64,000 nucleotides of DNA from an uncultured Nitrospiraceae bacterium (GCA_963705105.1 CAVPIW010000005.1:32001-96000); one strand, 5' to 3'. Counted from the first letter of the stretch, positions 49,645 to 59,559 are shown. The notes: generated by a model not told the origin, from the letters alone. Made by a program: numbers and translations.

Positions 49645-49668
49645 GCCATGCCTAAGGTATAATTCACT

Positions 49669-49919
49669 ATGAAGGAGGCAGCGGTTTTTTTGACTGCATC
49701 AAGACCGTGACAAAGAAAGAGCGGGATATATTTCTCTCTGAAGTCATGAAGGACAAAAAACTCAGGGAGGATCTGATAGACATCGCCATCGCTGAGGGCA
49801 GGTCAAAGGACAGAAGCAGGTCATTCAGGGATTTCCTCAAAACGCAGAAATAGGGAATGGCCATATATTCTGTCGGGATCGTTTTAGGCCACCGCAAAGA
49901 AATCTACAGTTCATTATGA
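49669..49919 (+). pseudogene. Decayed TA pair: frameshifted antitoxin and internally deleted RelE-like toxin
   Basis: MKEAAVFLTA/KTVTKKERD..LREDLID split by a frameshift; then MAIYSVGIVLGHRKEIY. Confidence 0.6.
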
Positions 49920-50515
49920 CAAAGAAGTTCGATAACGTATATCAGTTCCGGATAGAACTGCAGGAGATAAAACCTCCCGTTTGGCGGAGAATCCAGGTTC
50001 CTGAGACGTATACCTTTTGGGATTTGCATGTCGCCATTCAGGACTCCATGGGGTGGACGGATTCACACCTGCATGAATTTGCGATCAGGAATCCGAAGAC
50101 CCGGCGTATGATAAACATCGGCTTCCCTGACGAGGATTTCGGACGAAAGGTTTCAAAGGGGTGGAAGAAATTAATAGCTGACTTCTTCAGTCCGCAAAAT
50201 CCGGAAGCCGGATATACCTATGACTTCGGGGATGACTGGCAGCATATCGTAATATTGGAAGCGATCCTGCCCCGGCAGGCGGGCGTCAAATATCCGCTGT
50301 GTTTGGCTGGTGAGCGCTCCTGTCCCCCCGAGGACTGTGGCGGCATTCACGGCTATGAGGATTTCCTTGAGATTATCATGGACCCGAAACATGAGGAGCA
50401 TGATTCGATGCTTGAGTGGGTTGGAGGAGAGTTCAGCCCTGAGCATTTCGATTGCTCCGGGGTCGTATTCGATGACCCGGCTGAAAGGCTGAAGAGCCTG
50501 GATGAAGATTTTTAA
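49916..50515 (+). CDS. Plasmid pRiA4b ORF-3 family protein
   Basis: PPVWRRIQVP, HLHEF, YDFGDDW.H, CPPEDCGG. Confidence 0.92.
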   Translation: MTKKFDNVYQFRIELQEIKPPVWRRIQVPETYTFWDLHVAIQDSMGWTDSHLHEFAIRNPKTRRMINIGFPDEDFGRKVSKGWKKLIADFFSPQNPEAGYTYDFGDDWQHIVILEAILPRQAGVKYPLCLAGERSCPPEDCGGIHGYEDFLEIIMDPKHEEHDSMLEWVGGEFSPEHFDCSGVVFDDPAERLKSLDEDF

Positions 50516-50582
50516 GATTTTCTGAAGTGTGTAGACTGCCCCTCATGCCTCGCTCTCCTTAGACCTTTATGTGCACTTCCGC

Positions 50583-50611
50583 TTGACAAGGGTTAACGTG
50601 TAGGTTAACAT
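50583..50611 (+). promoter_or_regulatory. Sigma-70 promoter with overlapping operator
   Basis: TTGACA-N17-TAACAT with GTTAAC-N6-GTTAAC; GTG start 6 nt downstream (likely leaderless). Confidence 0.7.
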
Positions 50612-50617
50612 AGTCTC

Positions 50618-50974
50618 GTGGGCAAAAAAGCAATCTTCTACCGTACCGCTGATGGTAAATGCCCAGTGCGGGACTTTCTTGATTCGCTGCCGGGAAAAGC
50701 GGCGCAGAAAGCAACCTGGGTATTGAATCTGGTTGAGGACCTCGACGTTGTGCCGTCGACGTACTTTAAGAAGCTTGTCAGCACCGAGGAGATCTGGGAG
50801 TGCAGGATTCAGCTTGGCTCTAACGCCTACCGGATATTCTGCTTCTTTGACGGTCATTCCGTCGTAGTACTGACTCACGGATTGATCAAGAAAACCCGGA
50901 AAACGCCGCAGGGGGAGATCGAGAGAGCCGAGGCTTACAGAATGGATTATTTTCAGAGGAAGGTAGAGAAATGA
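50618..50974 (+). CDS. HigB/Gp49-type RelE-superfamily toxin
   Basis: G.CPV.DFL, IWECR, YRIF, LTHG..KKT.KTP..EI..A. Confidence 0.9.
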   Translation: MGKKAIFYRTADGKCPVRDFLDSLPGKAAQKATWVLNLVEDLDVVPSTYFKKLVSTEEIWECRIQLGSNAYRIFCFFDGHSVVVLTHGLIKKTRKTPQGEIERAEAYRMDYFQRKVEK

Positions 50975-51246
50975 GTGACCTTAAGAAATATGTTCAGGAG
51001 AGAAAGAAGAGGGACAGGGCCTTTGCCGAAGGGTATGACGAGGGCTACGAGCAGTTCAAGATCGGTGCGGTACTGAAGCAGGCCCGGGAGCAAGCAGGCC
51101 TGACCCAGGAAGAACTCGCCCGGCGGCTCAAGACGAAGAAGACAGCTATCTCACGGATCGAAAATCATGCCGAGGATATCAAAATCTCGACACTGGAGAA
51201 AGTGGCCCATGCCCTCGGAAAACGTCTCGAAGTAAAAATCGCCTGA
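50971..51246 (+). CDS. HigA-type Xre HTH antitoxin
   Basis: AR..AGLTQEELA..L.T...ISRIE. Confidence 0.92.
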   Translation: MSDLKKYVQERKKRDRAFAEGYDEGYEQFKIGAVLKQAREQAGLTQEELARRLKTKKTAISRIENHAEDIKISTLEKVAHALGKRLEVKIA

Positions 51247-51308
51247 AACGACGCCGATAAGGAGTGTCACGCGGCTGGAAAACGCCCAATTCAATAGGCC
51301 TTTGGGTC

Positions 51309-51352
51309 TTGACATTAAGTATAATCCAAATTATACTAATCGTGATTATACT
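51309..51352 (+). promoter_or_regulatory. Sigma-70 promoter with AGTATAAT/ATTATACT repeats
   Basis: TTGACA-N17-TATACT; inverted AGTATAAT-N4-ATTATACT plus a third half-site. Confidence 0.7.
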
Positions 51353-51366
51353 CTTTTAGGGGCGGG

Positions 51367-52749
51367 ATGAGATTCGTTAACAGAAAAGAAGAGCTTGAGA
51401 TCCTGGAGAGGTTTTACAGGGAAGACAAATTCCATTTCATCCCGATCTATGGAAGAAGGAGGATCGGAAAGACAAGACTCGTCCAGGAATTCATCAGGGA
51501 CAAGCCCGCCCTATACTTTCTTGCCGATAGCGTTGCCGAGCAGGAGCAGTTGAGAAACCTCGGCAGGGAAGCCGGTGCCTTCTTCGAAGATATCCTCGCC
51601 CGGCGGGGGTTTGATGACTGGCACCAGTTCTTCGACTACCTGAAGAGGAAGATCAACAAAAGGACGATCCTTGTCATAGACGAGTTCCCCTATCTCGTAA
51701 ATTCAAACAAGGGCATTTCCTCCATTTTTCAGAAGGGCATTGACGAGCATCTTAAGGACACAAAGCTCTTTCTTATACTGATGGGGTCAGGCGTGGGGAT
51801 GATGGAAAAAGAGGTGCTTTTCTATAAGGCCCCGCTTTACGGAAGAAGAACGGGCTCTCTCGAAATGAAGGAGATGGCATTCGACTGCCTGAAGGACTTT
51901 TTCCCCCAAAAGGACATGGATGAACTTGTGTCCATCTATGGCGTAACAGGGACGATACCGGCCTATCTTGAGAAGCTCGACCCCGAAAAGGATATATTCC
52001 ACAATATCGAGGAGCAAATATTGAACAGGGGGACATTTCTCTATAACGAGGTCGAATACCTCCTCCGTGAGGAGTTGAGGGAGCCCCGGAACTATTTTGT
52101 GATTCTCAGGGCCATAGCACAGGGAAAGCGGAAGCTCTCCGAGATCATCAACGACACGGCATTTGAAAAGAGCCTTCTTTCACGGTACCTCGAAATACTC
52201 CGGAGCCTCCGGTTCATAGAGAAGGAAGTGCCGGTTACCGAGAAATACCCTGACAAAAGTAAGCTCGGACTCTATAGAATTCATGACCGGTTCTTTGAGT
52301 TCTGGTTCAAATATGTTTTCCCCAACAGAAGCAGGCTTGAGATTGGAAAAAGCGGGGAAGTGCTTCGGATGATAAAGGAGACCTTCGCCCGGCATCTCTC
52401 GTTCGCATTCGAGGATGTCTGCAAGCAGCACTGCCTTCAACTTATGCGGCAGGACAGGATCCGGTTTTCCTCGATAGGCAGGTGGTGGCAGAAGAACGAG
52501 GAGATAGACATCGTCGCCCTCGACGAGGAAAACAAGGAGATATATTTCGCTGAGGCCAAGTGGAGCAGGAAGCCCGTGGGCGTCGATATCCTGGATGATC
52601 TGAAGAGGAAGGCAGCCCTTGTCGAATGGAACAGAGAGAGACGGAAGGAGCATTTCATGCTCTTTTCAAGGTCCGGCTTTACTGATTCGATGACTAAGGC
52701 CGCCTCCAAGGAAGGCGTTATCCTGTTCAAGGGCGAGGAAGTTTTATAG
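51367..52749 (+). CDS. Archaeal-type ATPase with wHTH and DUF234 / PD-(D/E)XK C-terminus
   Basis: FVNR.EEL, GRRRIGKT, IDEFPYL, GRWW..EIDIV..EAKW. Confidence 0.9.
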   Translation: MRFVNRKEELEILERFYREDKFHFIPIYGRRRIGKTRLVQEFIRDKPALYFLADSVAEQEQLRNLGREAGAFFEDILARRGFDDWHQFFDYLKRKINKRTILVIDEFPYLVNSNKGISSIFQKGIDEHLKDTKLFLILMGSGVGMMEKEVLFYKAPLYGRRTGSLEMKEMAFDCLKDFFPQKDMDELVSIYGVTGTIPAYLEKLDPEKDIFHNIEEQILNRGTFLYNEVEYLLREELREPRNYFVILRAIAQGKRKLSEIINDTAFEKSLLSRYLEILRSLRFIEKEVPVTEKYPDKSKLGLYRIHDRFFEFWFKYVFPNRSRLEIGKSGEVLRMIKETFARHLSFAFEDVCKQHCLQLMRQDRIRFSSIGRWWQKNEEIDIVALDEENKEIYFAEAKWSRKPVGVDILDDLKRKAALVEWNRERRKEHFMLFSRSGFTDSMTKAASKEGVILFKGEEVL

Positions 52750-52996
52750 GTTGACCTGAAATCAGAAGTGATAGGCGAAACTGTGGGAATATCAAACGCA
52801 GTAGACGAGAATTGTGTTGACAATCGGTCTTCCGGGTAAGCTGTTCATAGTATACTACGCGGCCACCCGCTCTTCAAAATCCTCGAAGACATATCGTTGA
52901 TACAAGGGCAGCCCATCGACAAGACGGACTTTTCCCCTTCATTCGTCGCTCATCACTTCTCATGTCCCCGTTATGGACATGCCTGTCCGCAGGCTG

Positions 52997-53130
52997 TCAC
53001 TTCCACATCTTCTCGTCTATCTTTTTAAAGTCCTCAACATTCTTCCGGAATTCAGCGAAATCCTTCCTGTCCCAGGTGCCGGCGAGGTGGTCCAGATCAT
53101 GATAAATAACGGGGTACCTCTTCTTCTCAA
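52997..53130 (-). pseudogene. C-terminal remnant of an antitoxin
   Basis: YHDLDHLAGTWDRKDFAEF...IDEKMWK* with no proper start. Confidence 0.55.
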
Positions 53131-53183
53131 TGGCCGGTTATTACCTAAATCATTACCCATTTGACTGGATATTACCTAATTCA

Positions 53184-53350
53184 TTATTTTTCTATCTTCT
53201 GCCAGCGGGCATTCTGTCCGCGTCCAAGACATTGTATCTTTTCAGCTGCCTGCATGTCTTTGAGTACATGCCGGATCATATCCATGCTTACTCCGGGACA
53301 TTCCCTCTGAATATCAGCAACATGAAATGAACCAACGGCACGCATAATAG
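53184..53350 (-). pseudogene. C-terminal wHTH remnant of a Fic-family protein
   Basis: F.VADIQRECPGVS.DMIR.VL...CLGRG..ARW. Confidence 0.55.
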
Positions 53351-53491
53351 CGCCCGTATCCCGCCTGACGTCCCTGGAGGATGGTCTTCTCGTTGAAATC
53401 ATATAGAATTATAACAGGAAAAGACAGACACGCTGAATCTTGCTGGAAACAAGACAGAATTTGACCGTCTTGCGGGGCTTTGCTGGAAAGG

Positions 53492-53929
53492 TGTTGGGGC
53501 CGAGAAAAAAGAGCCATATCTGGCGGACCAAAACAGTCGACATAAAGGAGCCGAATATGGCGAAATATGGTTGCCATCTCCCAGCATCTGGTGATCATCG
53601 CTATTTGCCTTCCTACAGCTCACATTTTTATAGTGCCTTCATGATAAAATGTGCTGCCATGCCTGATGAAGAATCGATATCGTCGAGACAGTGGCAGCTT
53701 CGGCCGTCATCATTGATTGGTTCATCATTAATGGATATTTCTACCCTTCCAAGGGATCTTCTATCGACAGAGAGTGTGACGCTTCATTAGAATGAGCATT
53801 CTTTTCCCGGTGGTCACTGCCGTTTCAAGGGCAGTTTTGCAGCTATACTTTCATGCTGTAAAGGGAACCATTCTCGCCATATACGGTTCCTCCATCGCCG
53901 GATTCGGTTCCTTTCCCGCGGCGCTAACA
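53492..53929. mobile_element. 438-bp non-autonomous IS21-like element (MITE), copy 1
   Basis: TGTT...AACA ends, imperfect TIR, TSD AAAGG (53487-91 / 53930-34). Confidence 0.88.
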
Positions 53930-53967
53930 AAAGGCGCTGCGCCGATATGCGCAACCTTTGATGTGAA

Positions 53968-54013
53968 TGGTGGAGCTGAACGGGATCGAACCGTCGACCT
54001 CTTGAATGCCATT
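53968..54013 (-). pseudogene. 3' half of tRNA-Ala(GGC), att site of an integrated element
   Basis: AATGGCATTCAAGAGGTCGACGGTTCGATCCCGTTCAGCTCCACCA: anticodon loop to CCA, no 5' half. Confidence 0.88.
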
Positions 54014-54211
54014 TATTTTCAATCCGTTGTTAGATTTCAGCCAATGACCGACAATGCTTGATACTGCTTGAAAGAAACAATTAAGAAGGGATAACATCTT
54101 CGACGGTGTTATCCCTTCTTTTACCCTGTCAGGTATACAATAACTATACAAATTATATTAGCGATCAGTTTGCTCTTGATGTGCCTAATTGGTGATGAGT
54201 TTATTGACGAG

Positions 54212-54964
54212 TTAATCAGTGATATTGAGAAATTCTTTACATTCTTCATAAGATATCGCAAAGCTCCAATCGGTTATTTCATTCAGTCGCCGTGCTCCCC
54301 CTGGTAACATTCTGCCATTTCTTGTCTTGAAAGTCACATTAACGACACGTTTGCCTCTATCTTTTACATATTGAACGGCAGGGACATAATCTTGATCCCC
54401 GGACACAATAATCGCAGTATCATATATCTCTGTAAGCGTAATTAGATCGGTTGCAAACTTCACGTCTACCGCTTTTTCAGTTCCAAAACAATTGGTAAAC
54501 AGATCATAACGAATAGCGCCTGCACGTCTAAATTCCACAGCATCGTGTTCTAGTGCGATTTCATTTTGTATTTTGTCCCAACCTTTAAACCGGGTCGTCA
54601 TTTGGGCTTCCTTTTTCTTTAATGCCTCAGTCAATTCTTTCATTTTGTCCTTTCTATCTTCAGCTTCTAAGTCATCTAATATGTTCTTAAAAGGATCGTG
54701 TTTTGATAATATCTTATATAACATATCCGTCTTCTTCTCGGCATCCGGAAACTTGTAGGGGAAAAAATCAATATGTTGAACTACATACCAGTATGTTCTG
54801 ATTCTTTCTCCATCATCGTGAACTTTTTTCACCAAGAAATCAAAAAAATCTTTCCATTTGGCTTTATGGGGCAAGTAATCACTTTTATTGAACCTTTCAA
54901 ATAAGTCACAGATTGAATGCCGCAAATTTTCACCGTCAACAAATACGCAAACTCTTTTTCTCAC
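54212..54964 (-). CDS. NYN-domain (LabA/PIN-fold) nuclease
   Basis: VFVDGENL, EKAVDV, SGDQDYVP. Confidence 0.92.
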   Translation of the reverse strand: MRKRVCVFVDGENLRHSICDLFERFNKSDYLPHKAKWKDFFDFLVKKVHDDGERIRTYWYVVQHIDFFPYKFPDAEKKTDMLYKILSKHDPFKNILDDLEAEDRKDKMKELTEALKKKEAQMTTRFKGWDKIQNEIALEHDAVEFRRAGAIRYDLFTNCFGTEKAVDVKFATDLITLTEIYDTAIIVSGDQDYVPAVQYVKDRGKRVVNVTFKTRNGRMLPGGARRLNEITDWSFAISYEECKEFLNITD

Positions 54965-54978
54965 TAAATATCCCCCAT

Positions 54979-55057
54979 AAAATGAAAAGGCGAGAAGCAA
55001 GCAGCCTCTCGCCCAATAAATGGGTTGAAGACGCGCTCCAACCCCCTGATATCTTTT
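54979..55057 (-). ncRNA. Candidate two-hairpin leader / small RNA ending in a terminator
   Basis: 9-bp and 10-bp stems with G-U pairs on the minus strand, then UUUUCAUUUU; TTGACT-N18-TAGAAT upstream (55064-55093). Confidence 0.55.
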
Positions 55058-55266
55058 CACGTTATTCTAAAATTAAACCGCCTTTGTAGTCAAGATATTT
55101 TTTCTCCTCGTGCCTCTTCTCCTTGACTGCCTTCCCTTCTTCGGTTATGATTTGTAGATGAAAAGGAGAAGACCATGTGCATTAATTTGAACTGGAAGAT
55201 ACGATCAAAAGTAAAACCGGTGTCGACGGGCTTGAATAATTCACCAATTCCAGTTGAGATACGCCC

Positions 55267-55896
55267 ATGAAAACAAGGATTAGTCTCCATTGGTTGGACA
55301 TCACCATAATCGTTTTCTTGTTACTCATTGTTATGCCCCAAGCTCAAGCAGAAACATATAAAGGTATTGGCCCACTAGATTCTTTATCTGATTTGAAGGC
55401 CAAGTTTCCAGGTGCAACCTTCAAAAGAGAACATCCTGCATGGGCACAAGAGAATGACGTGATGTACTCAATTACCGGAGAAGGTATGAGTGGTACAATA
55501 GTCGTCAACTTTTATGATGATCGTCCTTATTGGCGTCAGCTTTTATCAGAAGAGCAAGATGAAACAAAGAAGGAGGCATTAAGGTCTCTGGCAAACACAC
55601 CCGACGATGAAATCACAGTTTCAACGGTTCGTTGGGTTCCTGATTATCCATTTCCAGTGTCACGATTAATCACAAAATATGGCAAGCCTGACAGGAGTGA
55701 TTTTTCAGAGGACAATTACCAGGCCTACAAGGAATGGACATCGAGAAGAATGCGAGCCTATCTGACGGATGATGCAAAAAATGTCATGCGTATAGACTTC
55801 GGTTTTACCGACAAAGAAAGGCAGGATGCATGGAAGAAGAAGTTCGGCTTTGTTCCGAATTCTTTATCAAAAGAGAAGAAAGGGAAGAAGAAATAG
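55267..55896 (+). CDS. Exported hypothetical protein
   Basis: Signal peptide ending AQA; 209-aa ORF in AT-rich DNA. Confidence 0.75.
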   Translation: MKTRISLHWLDITIIVFLLLIVMPQAQAETYKGIGPLDSLSDLKAKFPGATFKREHPAWAQENDVMYSITGEGMSGTIVVNFYDDRPYWRQLLSEEQDETKKEALRSLANTPDDEITVSTVRWVPDYPFPVSRLITKYGKPDRSDFSEDNYQAYKEWTSRRMRAYLTDDAKNVMRIDFGFTDKERQDAWKKKFGFVPNSLSKEKKGKKK

Positions 55897-56155
55897 AATC
55901 CATCAGTATATACACTTTTCACGTTCATCTATAGGAGACTTTTGTGCCAACCCAGAACAGGACGTGTATCAGTGGTGGCAAGGGTTTTTCATAGTTTCAT
56001 ACTGACTAATTGCGAAGTCAGTCAAAAAGTCGCCCTAATCGTGCGAGGCCTTTCTCTATCTTTCTTTTTATCTTCACTCAAATATCGCCATGCTTGTCGG
56101 AAGTTTAATTCGGGTCGTCGCTTTATAAATATAGATTTCTTAATAAGGAGGGGAC

Positions 56156-56389
56156 ATGGAGAGTTGGTGGTGGAAAATACCTTTCGTCTTGGTTGCCGGC
56201 ATAGAGTTGCTTCGACTTTTTCATAGGAAAGCCGTGGAGGCAGAGTTTGAGAGAAACGAGAAGTTTGCACCACCCTCAGCGCGACAATTACGGTGGCATA
56301 TTCGTCATACGAGAGAGGACATAATGGTATTGGTAAAACTTGGTTACATAAATGCTGTTCTTTTACTCGGTATACTATTGGGTTCATAG
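56156..56389 (+). CDS. Small membrane hypothetical protein
   Basis: RBS AAGGAGG; hydrophobic ends. Confidence 0.6.
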   Translation: MESWWWKIPFVLVAGIELLRLFHRKAVEAEFERNEKFAPPSARQLRWHIRHTREDIMVLVKLGYINAVLLLGILLGS

Positions 56390-56505
56390 GGTTGCGAACT
56401 GATTGCCCGTGACCAGGTAATGCATGAACAAGAAACCCGAAATCTGATGCAAGTTGCGAATGTAATGAACAATTCAGAAATCTTTTTTCTATGGAGTAAT
56501 GACTA

Positions 56506-56925
56506 ATGAAAATAGCAATGTTGACTTTAATATTCCTGACTATTGCCACTCCTCTTTTTTCAAAAGAAATTATTATTTTCACGGGCGTGCCTGAAATCAA
56601 AATAAGCGAGGGTGGACTCAATCGTGTGCCTGAAAAACTAACCAAAGACAAGGCGATCAAATTCAAATGTACTATCACAAAGATTGATGATAAATATTAT
56701 TGGACATCAAGAGAGAACGTCGAATTAATCCCTATCGACAACATGGCATTCATTACTTATTGGGCAGTCAACGGTTCCGGATATATTCGTGTCGTTAAGC
56801 CTGAAATGGGAAAAGAAGTAAAGCAAATAGGGGCTATGGCTGGGGATCCGGAGGAAAAGTTTGACTATGTGGAACATTTATTGTTAGGGCTAAAATCTGT
56901 TACCTATTATGGAAAATCTACATAG
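56506..56925 (+). CDS. Exported hypothetical protein
   Basis: RBS GGAG; signal peptide-like N-terminus. Confidence 0.7.
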   Translation: MKIAMLTLIFLTIATPLFSKEIIIFTGVPEIKISEGGLNRVPEKLTKDKAIKFKCTITKIDDKYYWTSRENVELIPIDNMAFITYWAVNGSGYIRVVKPEMGKEVKQIGAMAGDPEEKFDYVEHLLLGLKSVTYYGKST

Positions 56926-57201
56926 GGGCCTTCTAAAAATAAATGGCTATGGCATGTTGGTCCCATCAAATTACTTGACTCCCATCTCCCTATCGTCTAT
57001 GATTAGAAAAATGTTGTAGTAAGCAAATATATAATATTTGGCATCATGATCCTGAATATCCTGTTTCAAAATATTGATCCTCACATCATCTTTAGTGCTT
57101 TCGAGCACTTCCGCTATAGCTGAGTCTGAAAACAAAAGATAAAAACCCAATTTGGAAGTTAAGCATTGGCGTTAATGTGTCCATGTAGTAAAAGCAGCGC
57201 G

Positions 57202-57777
57202 ATGAGAATAACGAGGAATATCAATAGTATTAGTTATTTATTAGTATTAATGTTGACCATTCTCGCAATTCATGGTTGTTCCCATCATGAAATAGACACT
57301 TGGGAGAAATGGTGCGAGAAAATGTCTGGCGTTGATCTCGAAAAGAAATATAACAAGTGGGGATTCTTTGCAGTCAGTTATAATGCAAATGCAATACGCA
57401 ACGATTTTACAAAAAAATTTAATGACATTGTTGTTTCGGATATTGGTATTAAATATTTGGCTGGTGCGAAACCAGATTCTAAAGTCATACAAGAATTATC
57501 TCGCCTCAGAATGATTGGAGTTTGGTCTGAAGGGTATACGCTTCATATCGCCAATTCATTACTGATAAAAGATGACAAATTGGGAATAAATGAATTCAAC
57601 GAGTTTGTGACGAAATTCAAATATTATCTTGACATCAAATCTATTCGTGACAGACTTGATGACTTCCAATATTGTTTATTTGGCACAATTAATTCTTTTT
57701 TTGATACCGTCGTCTTGCATGGGCCAGATGAAAATGATCGTATTGAGATAAAAGTTGATCATTCCTTTAAGAAATAA
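57202..57777 (+). CDS. Hypothetical lipoprotein
   Basis: Hydrophobic stretch ending IHGC (lipobox-like). Confidence 0.65.
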   Translation: MRITRNINSISYLLVLMLTILAIHGCSHHEIDTWEKWCEKMSGVDLEKKYNKWGFFAVSYNANAIRNDFTKKFNDIVVSDIGIKYLAGAKPDSKVIQELSRLRMIGVWSEGYTLHIANSLLIKDDKLGINEFNEFVTKFKYYLDIKSIRDRLDDFQYCLFGTINSFFDTVVLHGPDENDRIEIKVDHSFKK

Positions 57778-58020
57778 CATTTAGGATTTATATTTTTTTC
57801 TGACATTCCAATAATATGTTCCCATTGCACAAAACCAATCGAATCAGCATCACAATTCTGCTTTCATTTATATTTGTATCCTTACTCGGCTGTGCAAAAT
57901 TTAGAGAAGGAGAATGCATTCAAAATATTTCAGATGGCGGTATTTGGCGAATCACTTCAGTCAATCAGGGCGTCAAGTGACATAAGTATAAGCAATTAGT
58001 CATCACATTCAGAATTTCGC

Positions 58021-58288
58021 ATGAGAAAGAAAAAAGAGATAAAATTTGATCCCGCTGATTACGACCTTTTGGACAAGGCGCCTTTGAGAAAATACATTGC
58101 AGCAATTCTGTTACGCAATGATGCTTTTATAGAAGATTGCAAAAGAGCTGAAAGCATGTCAGGAAAAGAAAAGTATCAGTACGAAATAGATTTTTATAGG
58201 AAATATAAAGTCTATAGTCCGTCATTAATTAATTTACAAGAAAACCACAACTTATTTATGAATACTGGAGTTAGTGCATATCGCATTT
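58021..58288 (+). pseudogene. Hypothetical gene truncated by IS3; possible 3' remnant at 60517-60575
   Basis: ORF runs into the IS end at 58289. Confidence 0.65.
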
Positions 58289-58322
58289 TGGGGTCGGTTG
58301 TCAATAGTGGACACCAAACCTC

Positions 58323-59186
58323 TCATGCTGCCTGTGCATTCATATGGTATGCTTTTTCAAAAGCAGCAGGTGAAAGATACCCAAGTCTTGCCTGCCGCCG
58401 CTGCCGATTGTAGAACACCTCGATATACTCGGTGATCTCCCGAATCGCCTCCTGCCTCGTCTTATACCGCCTGTGATGCACAAGTTCACTTTTCAACACT
58501 CCCCAGAAACTCTCCATCGGCGCGTTGTCATAGCAGTTGCCCGTCCCGCTCATTGAGGCATTCATCTTCAAGTGTTTCAGCAGCTTCCTGTAGTCATGCG
58601 CACAATACTGACTGCCCCGGTCAGAGTGGTGTATCAGCTCTGCAGGAGGACGTTTCGCCCAGATCGCTCGTAACAACGATTCCCTGACAAGGTTCTGTGT
58701 TATCCTCTCCCCCATCGCATACCCCACAATCTCTCCCGCAAAAAGGTCCTTATGCGCTGCAAGATATAGCCACCCTTCCTCCGTCGGGATATACGTGATG
58801 TCGCTGACCCACACGCGGCCCGGTGCCGTCGCCTCAAAGTCTTGCTGTAGCAGATTGTCCGCCACAGGTAACGTATGCCGCGAGTCCGTTGTGACCTTGA
58901 ACCGCCGCTTTTGTTTGCACCGTATCCCCAATTTCCTGCGTATCCTCTTGATTCGGCTCACTCCTGCTTTCACCCCGTGGGCTGCCAAATCCTTCTGCAG
59001 ACGCTCCGGACCATACGTCCCTCGTGTGCGCTCGTGTGCCGCCTGTATCTCGACCTCCAACCGCGCCTCCTCTTTGGCATGGGCGGACGCGGGCCGACTG
59101 ACCCAGGCAAAATAACCGCTCGCCGATACATCAAAAACACGGCTCATAAACGGGATCGGATACTCGAGTCGCAATTCATTCATCAT
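58323..59186 (-). CDS. IS3 transposase OrfB (DDE)
   Basis: WVSDITYI, HHSDRGSQY, DNAPMESF. Confidence 0.95.
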   Translation of the reverse strand: MMNELRLEYPIPFMSRVFDVSASGYFAWVSRPASAHAKEEARLEVEIQAAHERTRGTYGPERLQKDLAAHGVKAGVSRIKRIRRKLGIRCKQKRRFKVTTDSRHTLPVADNLLQQDFEATAPGRVWVSDITYIPTEEGWLYLAAHKDLFAGEIVGYAMGERITQNLVRESLLRAIWAKRPPAELIHHSDRGSQYCAHDYRKLLKHLKMNASMSGTGNCYDNAPMESFWGVLKSELVHHRRYKTRQEAIREITEYIEVFYNRQRRQARLGYLSPAAFEKAYHMNAQAA

Positions 59187-59497
59187 CGCGTACCTGGCTG
59201 CGACTCCCTCGCAAAGTACGCGGCCGCTTTTTTTAACAGGTCCCGCTCCATCCTCGTCTCTATAAGCTCTTTCTTGACTCTTGCCAGTTCCATCTCTATC
59301 TCGGTGAGGGGCCGATAGTTCTTGCCGATGTCCTTGAGTTTGCCGGCCTTATACGCCTTGACCCAGTTGCCCAACGTAGATGGCGGCAACGACAACCGAT
59401 GGGCCACTTCAGGTAATGACATGCCTGTCTCCACAATCATCTTCACTGCTTCCTCTCGAAATTCCTTCGTGTACCGTCCTTGCGGAATCCCTTTCAT
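59183..59497 (-). CDS. IS3 transposase OrfA (HTH)
   Basis: YTKEFREEAV, LKKAAAYF with A7G slippery run; ATGA overlap with orfB. Confidence 0.95.
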   Translation of the reverse strand: MKGIPQGRYTKEFREEAVKMIVETGMSLPEVAHRLSLPPSTLGNWVKAYKAGKLKDIGKNYRPLTEIEMELARVKKELIETRMERDLLKKAAAYFARESQPGTR

Positions 59498-59559
59498 TCT
59501 GACACCTCCGTCTTTCTTAGTTTACCGACTTTGGTGTCCACTTTTTCCATCCTACCTCA

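Larger units (their letters stand above)
58289..59559 (-). mobile_element. IS3-family element, complete copy A (1271 bp)
   Basis: TG...CA ends with imperfect IR containing AGTGGACAC; orfA and orfB. Confidence 0.93.

Noticed and set aside
53440..53790. ORFs within the 438-bp MITE (also 61088..61387)
   Set aside because: No motifs or clear RBS; starts depend on flanking sequence
53968..54013. Functional tRNA-Ala gene
   Set aside because: The 5' acceptor strand and D-arm are absent
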